A DNA stretch of 63,059 bases, the filler included, from Sluysia triapertura (taxonomy: Eukaryota): NCBI GenBank assembly GCA_046118255.1. It is 5 parts of 5 records of this genome, joined end to end, with 100 filler letters (N's around TTAATTAATTAA, not from the genome) between each part and the next. Parts side by side here need not be neighbours in the genome. Positions count along the whole stretch, not along the records: positions 22,566 to 36,083 come from JBJNIA010035043.1; positions 36,184 to 49,845 come from JBJNIA010027282.1; 3 more parts are not named here. One strand, given 5' to 3'. Position numbers and translations under genes: made by a program. Position 1 is the stretch's first letter. The number at the start of each line of letters is the position of its first letter. The notes under the pieces are model-generated. The model did no database searches. It had not been told where the DNA came from and was given only the letters and a program-made list of their open reading frames with translations. Below, one piece after another: positions 25,343 through 38,765 of the stretch.

Positions 25343-25564
25343 TTTTATATTATATGCTTATTAGTTTTAATTAACAATTTGCTACTTACAATAAAAAGTA
25401 GTAAAATTATTAAAAAATTGATAATCTCATTTATCTCCAAAAAATATGCTAGCTTTTCATAATTAATACTTAAAAGTGGTAAGAAAAGATTCATTGTATA
25501 GTACTTCTGAAATAGAAATAACTGTCTTAAATAATTTCATAATTATGCATTCATTTTTGTTTCC

Positions 25565-25675
25565 ATATTTCGTATTACTTTTGTACTTTCACAATTATAG
25601 ATTAACATCATTATTTTGAATTCTATTATTACTTTTATTGGTAGCCATTGTAATTCATTAAGGTAAGGTTTTGGA
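25565..25675 (-). mobile_element. L2-type LINE ORF2 fragment, same family as 3311-3448
   Basis: Translates KPYLNELQWLPIKVIIEFKIMMLIYNC. Confidence 0.75.
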
Positions 25676-27226
25676 AAATTATTATTATTGATTAACTCAA
25701 TAGTAATTGTAGTTTTCGAACTACCATCATAATATATGCTATTATGGATAAATAATTTATCCGTATGTTTATTAATAAATGTTCTAATATTCTGTTAATA
25801 GGGTTAGACTCATCCATGCTGCATAGGAGGTTGATATGTCATTTAAAATATATGTGGCGTGACATGGATTTCTGTGTGAATTATTGATATGTGTCCTTTA
25901 AATAGGCTGCGAATCCGCTATAAGTTGCATAGTTATAAAATTGTGAGCATAGTTAACAGTTTAATTTTGATAATGATTAATATTTTCTTCCACAATCATA
26001 TCGAATCAATATTTTAACTTGACTTTAATTGAACAAATATGTTCAAAGCATCTATTTCGAATTCGCAGTTTCCCACATTTTTAAAAACAAAAATTTTCAA
26101 CAATTGCAAAGCTTTATTTAAATTTATTTATATTTATTTAAAGCTTTATTTATATATATATATATGAATCCAATTAATTATCGTATAACAATTTTTAAAA
26201 TGGCCGATTACAAAATCGCCACCAAATTAACTATTTAAAAATTTTAAGCAAACTAAAATTGTGAACTTAGTAAACAAAAGAATTAGTATTTGTAATGATG
26301 CTTAGCCAGTTAAATTTGAGTAAATGTGTAGAAAATATTTAATTATTCTATTATTTGAAAAATAATAACTATTTCTTATTAAAATATTTAAAAATTAAAA
26401 ATTATTATTAATTAAATTAAAACTGTTTTTTTTATTTTAAAATTTATTATTATTACTTTTAATTATTATTAAAATCATTAATACTAAATAGTTGTGGTGC
26501 CAACCTGACAGTGTATTTAGTTTCATATGTAGCAACTTAATAATTTTAAATTCCAATCTTTAATTGTGTAATTCTCCAAGATCAAATGCGAAATAATTCT
26601 GTTTAATAGAAAAAATATTTTCTTTAACTTATTCAATTTTAATTACAATTTTTAAACCATTTTTTGTCTATAATTTCTTATAATAAACTATGATAATATT
26701 TCAATAAATGTGCATTGAATTTGTACCTTTATTAACCTATTAGCAACCATGGTTTATATTTTTTATTTATTGCAATATATTTTTAATAATGAAATTTCCG
26801 AGTACAATCATAGCATTGGTATGTGTTTTTATAAGATTTGAGCTTGTGTGTAAGGTGATATACCAAGATAACTAAATGCATGTCATGATTTTTAAATTTT
26901 GAAAAAAATCTGGTCCTTAATTGGTTAATAAACTTATTTTTCGAGATTTGATATTTTCTTTATTTTTTGTTCGATGAGACAACTAGTGTTTTTTGGCATA
27001 ATACTTTTTAAATCTACGTCTACTTTATATATTTCGTAGATTAAAATTAATTTTAATTCACTCATTGAAGCTGATTGGTTGTTTTCATTCTACATTCCCT
27101 TTATTGATTATTCGAAAACAATTAGTTATTAGTTCTGGTTATTAGTTAATAGTAATCTTTATGTTATTTATTTCAAATTCAGTATATATTTTCAAATCAT
27201 CAAAAACTTTGATTTTATTAGTGATT

Positions 27227-27288
<62 letters not shown>

Positions 27289-30200
27289 TTTGGTCAAATA
27301 AATTTTTAAAATCGTTTAATAGGAAAGTATTTCTTACTTTAACAAAGCGACAAGAATCAATATTTTTTAGGAATCAATATTTAAAATTGACAAATTTATT
27401 ATTTGAAGTGAATCTGCAGCCATATTTGTACGCCATAATGGAAAATTTTTGAACCACTATAATTAAGATAAATAATTATAATAAGTCTATTTTAAAATCA
27501 CTTAGTAAGTTTATACTTATGTAGAATAAAGATTAAAATAAACATTTTTCCTAATTTAATGAGGGCTAAATTTAATTCAAAAGAAAACTAAAGTTAAATC
27601 TTTAATTTTAAAAGATGTCTTTATGTATATATAAAGACATACAAAAATAAAGAAGCCATTAGTCAATTACTATGCTATTTTTACTCACACATTTGGGTCC
27701 GAGTCAGATACAATTCAATTCAATGATCATCGGTAAAATCAGCAATTCAACGTCCCTACATCAAATTCTTTTCGAGGGCTCCAGCAATTTTCAAATTCAT
27801 ATTTCAGTCAACGATATTGTGTCCCGCGTCTACGATTAGAGGGAACGATTTTCCATTCTCAAGAAATCAACTTGTTTGAAAGAACGGACAATCGGAGATC
27901 GTCAGCATTTATTATTAATTAATTCGTAAGTTTGTTCTATATAGTTTGTAAACTCACATTTAGCTAAAATCTACACTTAAATCACTTAAGGCTAATAATA
28001 AAATCAATCTAAAATATAAATTCATTACACTTTAGTTGGCCCTTAAGATCAATTATAAAATAATTATTACAAGGTAGAGTCTAACTGCTAGACCTTTATT
28101 ATAACTGAACTTTTATCATTATTATAATTTTGGTGTTTTTGATAATCACTTTTGTGGAATTTTATAAATTTATAGTAATTTTATTTTAATCTTATTTTTG
28201 TGTAATAAAAATATTAAAAGACTCTCGAGTTACTTTTTATTATAATTGTCTGAATATTAACGTTGTAACTTAAGTTAAGTTTATAATTATCTTACTTTAC
28301 GAATAATTCATAATTAATATATATTTTAATCGAAAATACGTAGATTCCAATATTGTTTCATTAAATTTTAATAAGAACCAGAAAATTCTAACAGTCATTA
28401 TATTAGGATTTGAAGATATAAGAAACGACGCGTTTTTATACAACTATTATTCACTTGATTTTTATATTAATTCAGATAATCCATAAGTTAGCGTTGGTCT
28501 TGATTACTTCTTAAGCTATTTAGGTTTAGTTGACGTAAACTACGATTTTGTCCATTATTGTTAAGTTAAGGCAACGAGTATTTTTTTTGTAAAATTAATT
28601 TTGATAATTGTTTTCAGTTAATTTTACAAGTACGCCATTAGTAAGTCGTATACTGTAAACGTACTCAGAATAATAAATTATTTTGCTGTAGGTTAGGTTT
28701 TTCAAATTAAGAAAACACCCAGCATTAAATTTCACATGCATTGTTCTCATAATATAATATGTGCTGTAGTTCTCTTAACTATTTATGTACAGCAAAATAA
28801 ATATTAGCAGAGTTCGGCTGCAGTATACGACTTATGACACGATATGGGCGTATCTAAAACTACAATTTGACACTTTTAACAAATATTTTATGCAATTTAT
28901 TAATATAAAAATACTTTTTCTCACTTTTGAGTGCCTGCTGTCATTTAAAGTCATAGTTATTCTTTGTCAGAGTTAGTAATGACTTATATTTGGCAACTTA
29001 TGTATGCTTAAGTTAATAGACTCTTAAGTTTATATTAAATTTTTATTAAATTAATAATAATAATAATAATAAAGGTGAATATTTATTATTAAAAAATTTT
29101 ATAAATTCAAGAATCAGATATAAAATTAGTAAAAAAATAAGATACAGTTGGATTTTAGAATTAGAGCCTTTCCTGGGCCTTTAATTTTTGTACATATATT
29201 GTAGTTTAAAAGAATTTTAACCCTCAGTAAATTGCGGATTAAAAATAGTATTATAAATGTAATGTAAGTGTATTTTAAGATTTACACTCAATGAGTAAAA
29301 TCGACCTTAACGAATTTAACTTTATTAAAAATTATAAGTATTCCAAAACAATAATTTGATAGCGCGGGAAACTAAATTTTAAAAATATGAATTTTATTGT
29401 CCTTGTGACTCAACTGTAGGTAGTACATATACCAACTATCAGACAATCACGAATAATTGAAATTCTCGAAAATGATAGAATATTCGATTTCTTTTTTAGA
29501 AAACTTTTTTGCTTTTTTCGAAAATTAACTCAGCTTTTGCACATTATAACCTTCTTTGAGAATTAATAATAATAAAAAAATAATAGTAAAAATTTAAATA
29601 ATTTTAAAAATTATCTACTTACGCGAGTAACTAGATAATAATAGTATTTATTAATGTTTTTGAAAATAAACTAATTTTTATATTAAATTTTTGTGAAAAA
29701 TTACTTACAAAAGTAAGTAAGTAATAGGTATTAATTTTAAATATTAATCATGGTCAACAAAATACTTATTGGATAGGAATTAGTGTAAATGTTTATTCTT
29801 TTCAGTTAAACTTCACAATTATTTTTTAGAATTATGATACTTTATTTTGCAAATTCATCATTTTGTACTACTATCTAGAATTTAAAAATTTAATTCAGTG
29901 TGTTCCAAGGAATTTAGCAATTTTATTCTTTAACTTTACAGTAAATCAATAAAAAATAGACGGCAAAATCAATTTATAAATTTATTTCGCCCGATTTGAT
30001 GAGGTCTAAAATCTCGTTATAAAATTCAATTAATTAAATTCAATGCCTAAAAATCTTAATTTTAAAATCCGCATGTTATGTACTATTAAAAATCTTTTAT
30101 TCATATATTTCAGTTTGTTAGGTTCACATTTCTTGTTTGATGAAATGTTTATGACAATAATAATAAAAAATTTTGAAAATTAATAAAAAGGCAATAAATA

Positions 30201-33200
30201 AATAAAATAAATAATTTTTAAATGATTAATTAAAAAATTAACAATAATATGTTAATGATATTGGTCGATTGAAAATCAGTGTATATACTGATTCATTTTC
30301 AACAACAATCACAATTTCATTATTCAAGCTAAAATAATAACTTCTCTACCAATTGTTATTTTCAAATATTTTTTATAAATTAGTGAGCTTTTGTTATTTA
30401 AAGTGGTCCTGTCTCATTGAAACAAAATATTAAAATAGAGGTAAAATATTTTAAACGCTATTTTTTCAACCCAATTTAATGAGGGTTAAAATCTCATTTT
30501 AAAACCTTAAACATTTTAATTAAATGTTTTAATAATTGTAATGGAGAATAAATATCAACATAATATTTATAAAATATTTTAAAATACTTATAAAAATATT
30601 GTAAATAAAATGGTATGTAATGCAATATCTGAAATACTGTGTGGTACTCTAATTAGGCTCGAATGATAATTGAAAACCAATTCATTTTAATTTGAGATTA
30701 TATAAAAATAAACATTAAATAATTGACAATAAAATAATTATAATGCATTTTATAGTAATAATATATGCGTAATGCTGTTTTATGTATTGTATTTTACATA
30801 GTAGATAATAATGAAATAATTCTAATGTACGTGAAAATTGTATTGCTGCGAAAAAAAATTAATCAACTTATTGTGTAAAAATTTGTTTATAGAATTTTAT
30901 TGAATACGTAAATAAAATTGTTTTCATAGGTATAATGAAGTTGTAAAATAAGGAGTAAATTTTAGAGCATAAATTTAGAATAATGGATACCTAAAAATTA
31001 AATAAAATTTTTAGCAACTTTTTTATGCATGCAAAATTCATATAAAGCCAAATCATACGATAATTTTTTAAAGAATTAATCACTATTCGATAAAGAATAA
31101 AATATTAGATAAAGAAGTTACTGTCAGAATAAATTTCCGTTATTTGAAAATAAAGTATTTACGCAATCGAAAAGCCATTTTTACCGACCGAATAATTAAA
31201 TGTTACGAGAATCAATATTCGATTATGTGGAAGCTAATTGAATCAGTGATTTGTTGAATAATTCAATTATAAATATTCAAAGTAAGTTATTTTGTTTTTA
31301 CGCAGCTACTTAAAAAACTAATAATACTTGTTAAATTAATATTTATTTTAATTTTTTTAAAGTAATTTGAACAAAATAGTAATAAAATCTTTTCTTTTGC
31401 ATTGAGTCGAATATAATTTTGAATCACATTATCAAAGTATAATTTTTTATATGCGAATGAAGTAAATTGAAGTCCTTTTTAGTCTTATTGTTCATTTAAT
31501 TTATCATTCATAAAAGGGGGATTAAAGAGTAAAGCTTGAATAAATAAAATTTATAGAAAGAAAATTTGATTAAGTTTGAAAAAGTAAATAAAATTCTTAA
31601 TTGATAAATTAAGCACTATCTTCTCGAGATGAGTACAAGACTCACGCTATCATTCATAAATATTTGATAGACATACAGATTATCAGTAAGCAAAGTTTTT
31701 TGGTTAGTTAGAGTTTGATATAGAGAAAATAAATTAAGGAACAATAGAGATCAAAAATACTAATTAGGAGTCTTTATAGTGAACTCATAGAAAATAACTA
31801 AAATTAAGACAATAAACTTGTATTAACACATTTCATAACTAAAGAACTCAAATAATAATTTGATTTTGTTTTAGAAATGCAACTCTAAACTAAAACTTCA
31901 TTGAGCAGAATAAATACTATTTTACAAAAGACAACTTAAAACTTCACATAGAGACAAACAATATATATATTTACAATAACATAAATTTTTTTGTGGTCTA
32001 AAATTTTTATCTTTATACTGTTATTTGTAATTTTAAAGTTTATACTTTTTGATAAATAAAATTTTAATATAAATATTTTTATTGTCGTTAAGTTGTACTT
32101 AGATTGAGTGATTACCTGGGACTTCAAGAGAAACTAATTTAAATGATTGTAACACTAGTCGTAAACCGAATCATAATTTAAGAAGCATATAAATTAAAGA
32201 ATAATGAACACATTCACTGTCCAGGTTTTATCCACTATTTATATTATACTTCTATTATTTTTTACTTTCATATATATATATAATTTTCGCTTATCTTATC
32301 AACATGTGCATATGATTCATAAACTTATATGTTTGTTATGCCTATGTGTAAGTTCATGTATCACATATAATACAAGCTTCTTCAAGAAAAATACAAGTTT
32401 GTTTGCTTGTTTATTCATACAAAACTATCCATAAGAACACGACCCAGTTAGTCTACAATATGCATCTTTAACGAATTCATCAACTTATTTACAATCTTAG
32501 ACAAGTATGTACTTGAATCATATATGATGCAAAAACGTAGAAGCATCTACGCCTAATGAATCATATGTGATACATGGACAGTGATTGTGTGAAAATCCAC
32601 TAAAGAAAAACACTCTCTTACAAGTTTATATTAAGTGTATGTCAATTATAATTATGCGATAATGATTTGATTATAAAAACAAATAACGATAATATATTAA
32701 TAAATTAATATATTGATTGATTGAAATTTTAGAAATAAATATAATTAATAAAATAAAATATTTTAGTATTAATAATTTAAAACAGCTGAGAATCTGAATT
32801 AGAGAAAAAATAGTATATAAACTCTACAATAGAATTTACAATTAAAATAAAACGACAAAATTTTTTAAATTCATGTTAAAATTTTTTTTGAACTGAATCA
32901 AAATTTTATTTTGTTGTTTATTAAGTTAAAAATAAGAACGCAGCAATTGTTAAATGTACATACCCTAATTTATTGGTTGTTAATACGTTAAAATATAATT
33001 AAGACGTGTTATAGTTGTACATTTCTACTGACTATTTTACTGTTAGGTTTAAAAAATCCAACATAATTATAATAATGGAGCACATTTTCAATTTATACTA
33101 ATTTTGTCTTTTGACCTTGATAAATCCTCATTAAGTTAGAGTAGACTTGTAACTTAGAATTAATTTGTTTACTCTACTAAGTTATTATATATAAAGACAT

Positions 33201-33505
33201 TAACTGCTAACTCACAAAAACACTACCTTCAGATTTGGATAGGAAAATACTTTTAAAATCAATATAAATAAGTCCATTATCTAAATCCAATTAAAAGTTA
33301 AAAAGCTTACATTAAAATAATTATAAATGACGTAATTATAAATTTTAAAGATAAAAATTAATCCATTATTTTGGAATAAGTAATTTACATCAAAACAATT
33401 GTTCTTAATTACTGACTAATTCTTCCAATTATTACTAAAATAAAATCCAAACAGACTAAATAACTCAAATTGTATAAATCTATTTATATATAAAAATAAA
33501 AAATC

Positions 33506-34193
33506 TTAAAAATCACCATTAAAACCTAAAAATCGATTAACAGTATTGGTACTACTATTAAATTTCGGAATATATTTTCGTACTGTCATCATCAAATCAA
33601 TTTTTAAATCTTCCAAGTTTTCCGCTGGTACTTTTTCCATTGATAAACTTAAACTATGACAAAAAATCTTAACATCACTATTATTAGTAATATTTAATAA
33701 ACTATGCTCTTCAGTACTAATTGTAGGACTATTATAAGTAGTATTTAATTGTTCTAATGGTGGCAATGATGCTTCTTCATCTTTCATTTGAATTGATTCT
33801 TGTTTACAATTCTAAAAATAAATGATTTTAATATCAAATAAAAAATTACTAACTTCTAATAATGAATTTAATTTTCTTTGTCTCGAAAATTCTTTTATGA
33901 AACTCATTTTTTCTGTAAAACACCATGGTTTTGAATTTGGATTAGTTTTTTTACGCGAAAATTCTCGTTTTAAATTACGCCACCTTTTTACAACAGCTTG
34001 AACTGAAGTAATTAATTGTAATGTTGAATGATTTTTAAAAAAGCTTACTTGTTGTACCTAATTCATCTGCTATTTCTTGCCATTTCAAATCTTTTGCAAG
34101 TTTTTTTTGATAATCTTCGTGATTTGGATCATATAAAACTGGTCGATCTTTAATTAAGCTAATTAAACGAATACTGCTTTCATAATTATCCAT
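33506..34193 (-). CDS. MADF-BESS domain transcriptional regulator, ~199 aa, 3 exons
   Basis: Exons 34193-34049, 34002-33854 and 33811-33506, with GT-AG introns of 46 and 42 nt. MADF: LISLIKDRPVLYDPNHEDY...KWQEIADELG...KRWRNLKREF...WCFTEKMSFI. BESS-like: SDVKIFCHSLSLSMEKVPAENLEDLKIDLMMTV. Confidence 0.88.
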
Positions 34194-35115
34194 ATATTTC
34201 GTTAACATTTATATTATATAATGCAATTTATAATCGATTGTATAAATATAATTATTAAAATTGTTTTCTTCACTATATAGCACAAAACAACTTGCAGAAT
34301 TTTTGACAATATTAATACAATAAACTACAATGAACAAAATTTTGATAAAATAAAAACATTAATGGTGTGTTTTTAAAATTCAAATTAGACAGATAAGAAT
34401 AGTGTGGGTTTTGTGTGTCCAACTGTGTGCTACTGATGTTAATGAACAATGAACATTGTTTGCATTGGTGTGTTTACAATTACATTAATTATCAAATTTA
34501 TACTATATGGTGGTTATTAGTGTGCTGTTGTAGTTGTATAATCTCTAATTTAAAAAATGCTCTTATTTTTTTAATGACATTTTGTTTTCATTTATTAAAT
34601 GTAATAAGTAGTTTGAGAAATTTATATGACTCATGAATTTTAAGGAACTAAAAACTAATCGTTGTTACGCAATACGATGTTATTGTATAATATGTCAAAG
34701 TTTTATTAAATATAAAGAATTTAACAAATATAATAAGCTTAGATTTTGTCATAATCCAAATTCATAACGTTCATAACGTCTTTTGCACTTAATTTTTGTT
34801 TTTACATTATTTAATTACCGGAAAACGTTTATTTTAAGCTTTAACATAAAAAATGCAATTAAACAATTTAAAATTTGATATTTTAAGATTATAGAATGTT
34901 CAATTATAGAATGATCAATAAACTTAAAATAAATGGGTAAATGTTTAAAGTTTAAATTGGAATGCAGGAAACAGATATGAACTTTTTAAGCGTCAGAAGA
35001 ATCGAAAAAGTGATGATTTTATTGAAATAAAAATGCAAAAATGAAGACTAATACAAACCAACACAATTACAAGTTAATGTATATGAATGGATTACAATAT
35101 GGCTAAAGTTTGTGC

Positions 35116-35167
35116 ATGTCTGCGCTGGCCACAACTTTCTATCTATCTCTTGGCCTAGCGCGGACAT
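35116..35167. other. Isolated GC-rich hairpin (~16-bp stem, 19-nt loop)
   Basis: atgtctgcgctggcca ... tggcctagcgcggacat pairs with one bulge and one G:T. Confidence 0.7.
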
Positions 35168-35389
35168 TTCCCGTGTTAGTAAATTGAAAATGAGTTGGGT
35201 TTATTTAGTGTAATGTGCAAATTAGCAGAGTCTAACTTTAGGAATGCTATTAATTTTAAATTATTAATATTAAGTGTTTTCAACCCATATCAGATATATA
35301 ATGAGATATATATATAATCAATAAGATTCGTTTTCAATTTTGTTTCGTCAATATTTGATAATGCTATTTTTAGTTTCTTGACCATTTTT

Positions 35390-35860
35390 GTAGGATTATC
35401 TGAGGTGGCTAATATCACAACCTTATAAAATACTCATAAAAAGTGGTTTTTAACATACACCTACAATGACATATGGCTGGCATCATTATAGAATTTTGAT
35501 CAGTTTAAACAATTTACGGATGTTTGACTGCCTCACTATATTAATAAACGATACTAATAATGTTAAATTATTTTAAAAATACACTAAATTTCTATTTTAT
35601 ACTTTTCTCAAGTTAGGAATATTAATTATGTTAATTCCAAAATATTACTAAATTCTATTTTTGTATTTAATTAACTACAGATTTACTTTAAGAAAATATA
35701 GTGCAAGTCGTGTTGTTTGATGTGCAGTTCCATACCACTTAATGCAATTGATCGATTCACAATGGATGGGATGCAAACTATTTGTGTGAACTTTTTTGAT
35801 ATTGCTAATTCTATTAATTCTGTCGTAATCGTGTAAACTGAAGATGTCAAATTAGTTTTC
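35390..35860 (+). mobile_element. Highly decayed CR1/L2-like reverse transcriptase relic
   Basis: Ordered remnants VANITTL (ANITPIxK), HYRILISL (NYRPISL) and DIANSINSVVIV*TEDVKL (YADDxKL). Confidence 0.45.
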
Positions 35861-36024
35861 ACTCACAATCAACTATTTACTTTCTTTCAATTCATGTTCT
35901 TTTTCCTTTTTTATGAATAGAGAGAGACATGTTACATCCTTTTTTACAAAATAATTAGTATTAATTATAATGATTATATTATTATAAACCTCACAAAAAA
36001 GTAATAATGTTAGACTTCGTAAAA

Positions 36025-36083
36025 TGGACTGACCGGGGATCGAACCCGGGACCTTCGCTGCGCAGTTCGAATGCTCTACCACT
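36025..36083 (-). ncRNA. tRNA-Cys-like element, copy 2 (5' end cut off by the contig end)
   Basis: Only about three substitutions relative to 836-893, with the same TTTTACGAAGTCTAACA tail. Confidence 0.8.
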
Positions 36084-36775
36084 NNNNNNNNNNNNNNNNN
36101 NNNNNNNNNNNNNNNNNNNNNNNNNNNTTAATTAATTAANNNNNNNNNNNNNNNNNNNNNNNNNNNNNNNNNNNNNNNNNNNNTTAATAATAATAATATA
36201 TATGCACGTTACAATTCCTTGAAGATTTCTCTTCTCAATATATATAAAATTATTTAGAGAATATTTAACCCAGGAATTATTCTTGGGTGTATTGTGATAG
36301 AGTTTAAGTATTATTTTATGGCTATCGGTATCGAAGCACAACTTAAAAGAAATTATTACCTCACTTGGACCTTCGATAAAAAACTGATATCCTGAGAAAA
36401 ATTATTGACGATTCAAAACACTTTTTAATTCAAACACGTCTTAAAATTCTCCTAAAATTTACAATAATAGTTTTCTTGTGAGAATTTATCATTATTACTT
36501 GCTTTATATAGTGAACTTAACGTGCAGCGATAATTCATGAATATTTATAAATGATAATTTAAATATTTATATCAATGAACAATTTCGGTCCGAATATACA
36601 TTAATTTTATTCATTGTTATTTATTAATTTATTAAAACGAAATTAAACATTAATTTTATTATATTATCATTATTAAATTTTATTTACAATTATATTGTCA
36701 TTAATTTTATTTACGAACTTACAAAATTTAAAACATTAATTTTATTTACAAAGGAAATTGACCTTAATTCCCATT

Positions 36776-38050
36776 CTATATTTTCAATATTAATTCATAA
36801 CAGTTTAGTTCATAACATAACGAGACCTGTTTACGAGATAAGAACAAATCGGCCATCACAATAGGTTTATCTATAGTTAACGGAATTGTATGTTTAATCT
36901 CTATATCATATGGATTCTTTGATAGCACTTGTGAATATTTATCAATGAGTTGTTTAACTTTAATTTTTGTATCGTAGAAGGTTATCATTATCAATTATAA
37001 TTTTCCGAAGTGATTTCTCATTTCAGATATATTTGAGATTTCTCTTTGGTCATAAATATTGTGTCGTTTTTCGGTATTGATTCAAGAATCCAGACTATCG
37101 CACATTCTGATAGGTAATTAGTGACACATTATTTTGCTGTTTTAATATCGAATATTTTTAACTTTAACATATTGATGGTTTGAATATTAAAGATAAACGC
37201 AGTAATTATTGATTCTGAATTTGGAACTAAAGCTAAATTTTCACGTAATATTACGGAATATTCTTCAAGTAATTTTTCTCTAAGATGAATTAATTCAAAT
37301 TGGCCTAAATTAATAATTACTCCTTTTAATTTTTTATACATATCTATTCCTGTAATCATGTCATAAGAAAAATTCTTTATCAACCTTGGGGTACAAATAA
37401 CTTTTCTTCCGGCAATTATAAGTTCTCATTTTAATTTTCCTATTAGATTTATTTCTTCGCATATAATTCGAAAATGTGGTGCTATTTTATCTATCAATTT
37501 TTCATCTAAAATTTGGAAATTAATAATCACGTAGGTAGCTCCACTATCTATTAGAACTGCGCATTTGTTACAATTAAATCCACTTATCGATAGGAAGGCA
37601 TTTTTATGTTTCTCTTTAAGTCTTATTTCACTTTAATTCCACATTTCGAAGTAATTATTTGATCCATATGGTTCGTTATTGTCATTGATTTCTATTTCAT
37701 CTACATCTTCCTCGTTCTTTTAATCTTCTTGATAAATCTTCTATTTAATTTATCCCATATATCTCCTTTTTCTCGGAGCAAAAGTAACTTTTCTTCTAGT
37801 AACTTTGTTTAATAACATTTCAGGAAATTGTTCTAATTTGTTCATTCTTATATTAAATCCTCAAGATAATCGTATATTACTGCAACTTTCATGTGAAAAT
37901 TTCTTTCTGCATTACTAATATCGAATTCTTTTAGAACATTAAACTCTGCATCTTTATGGTCTGTACTCCAAATTCCTAATTTTGTCTTTTTTTATATTTC
38001 TTTTATCTTCTTGAGAGGACCTTGTTTTAGGTTTGTCTTGTTTATCATTA
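36776..38050 (-). mobile_element. Degenerate Ty3/gypsy LTR retrotransposon (gag-protease region up to the start of RT)
   Basis: Aspartic protease motif AVLIDSGATY at 37531-37560, then YDMITGID and EIKHTIPLTIDKPI, which are typical of the protease-RT linker. Many stops and frameshifts. Confidence 0.7.
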
Positions 38051-38074
38051 TCGTCTTTTATGAGATTGCAAATT

Positions 38075-38765
38075 CGACCGTTTATGATCACGTGAAACGT
38101 ATTGGCTTAATTTCATAACTTGGCATATGGGTTCAACGTGTTCATACAGAACGTCAAGAAAATGATCCATTTCTGAAGCGAATCATTATTGCTGATGAGA
38201 AATGGGTTGTTTAAAAAAATGTTAAGCGGAATGTTAACCAGTTCAAACCACATTGAAGGCCTATCTGTTTATGCTATCTGTTTGATGGGATTTCAAGGGA
38301 ATCGTTTTTTGAGCATCTACTTGACAATATCACGATTAATTTTGAAGCGTACTATGATTAACTAGACAAAATGAATGATTCTCTCAAACAGAAAAGGTAA
38401 AAATTGTTCACTAGTAAGGTATGGTGTTCCACCACGATAATGCGAGATCTCATACAAGCTTGGTAACTGGCCAAAAGCTTTTATAGCCTGAATCGGTTGT
38501 TCAACCACACCCATCATATTCTTCAGATTTGGCACTTTCAGACTACTACTTGTTTCGTACTCTGCAAAATTTTTTGAACGGGAAGAACTTCACTTCAAAT
38601 CCTGGACCAGTTTTTGCCAGGAAAGAACAGAGAAATTTTATGAGCTTCAAATCAATCTCCTGCCCAAATAAGGACAGAAAGTATTGGACCAAAACAGAGA
38701 ATATATAATTTAATAAAATGTCTATGCACTAAAAAACCATGTTTCATTTTCCGAACAACCCAATA
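38075..38765 (+). mobile_element. Defective mariner (Tc1/mariner) transposon, 5'-truncated
   Basis: Remnants LGIWVQR, FLKRIIIADEKWV, WDFKGIVF, FHHDNARSH and HPSYSSDLALSDYYLF (YSPDLAPSD), with internal stops and deletions. The right TIR ...TTTCCGAACAACCCAATA ends in TA. Confidence 0.92.

Noticed and set aside
27690-27910. Integrase-like IVSDSDP on the minus strand
   Set aside because: A single short motif amid stops is insufficient.
23198-34193. Non-standard genetic code explaining the many stops in this window
   Set aside because: The two clear genes translate without internal stops under the standard code, and the broken ORFs also carry frameshifts, which indicates decay.
35873-36082. 69-aa ORF MVEHSNCAAKVPGSIPG...
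   Set aside because: It is a translation of the tRNA-like element.
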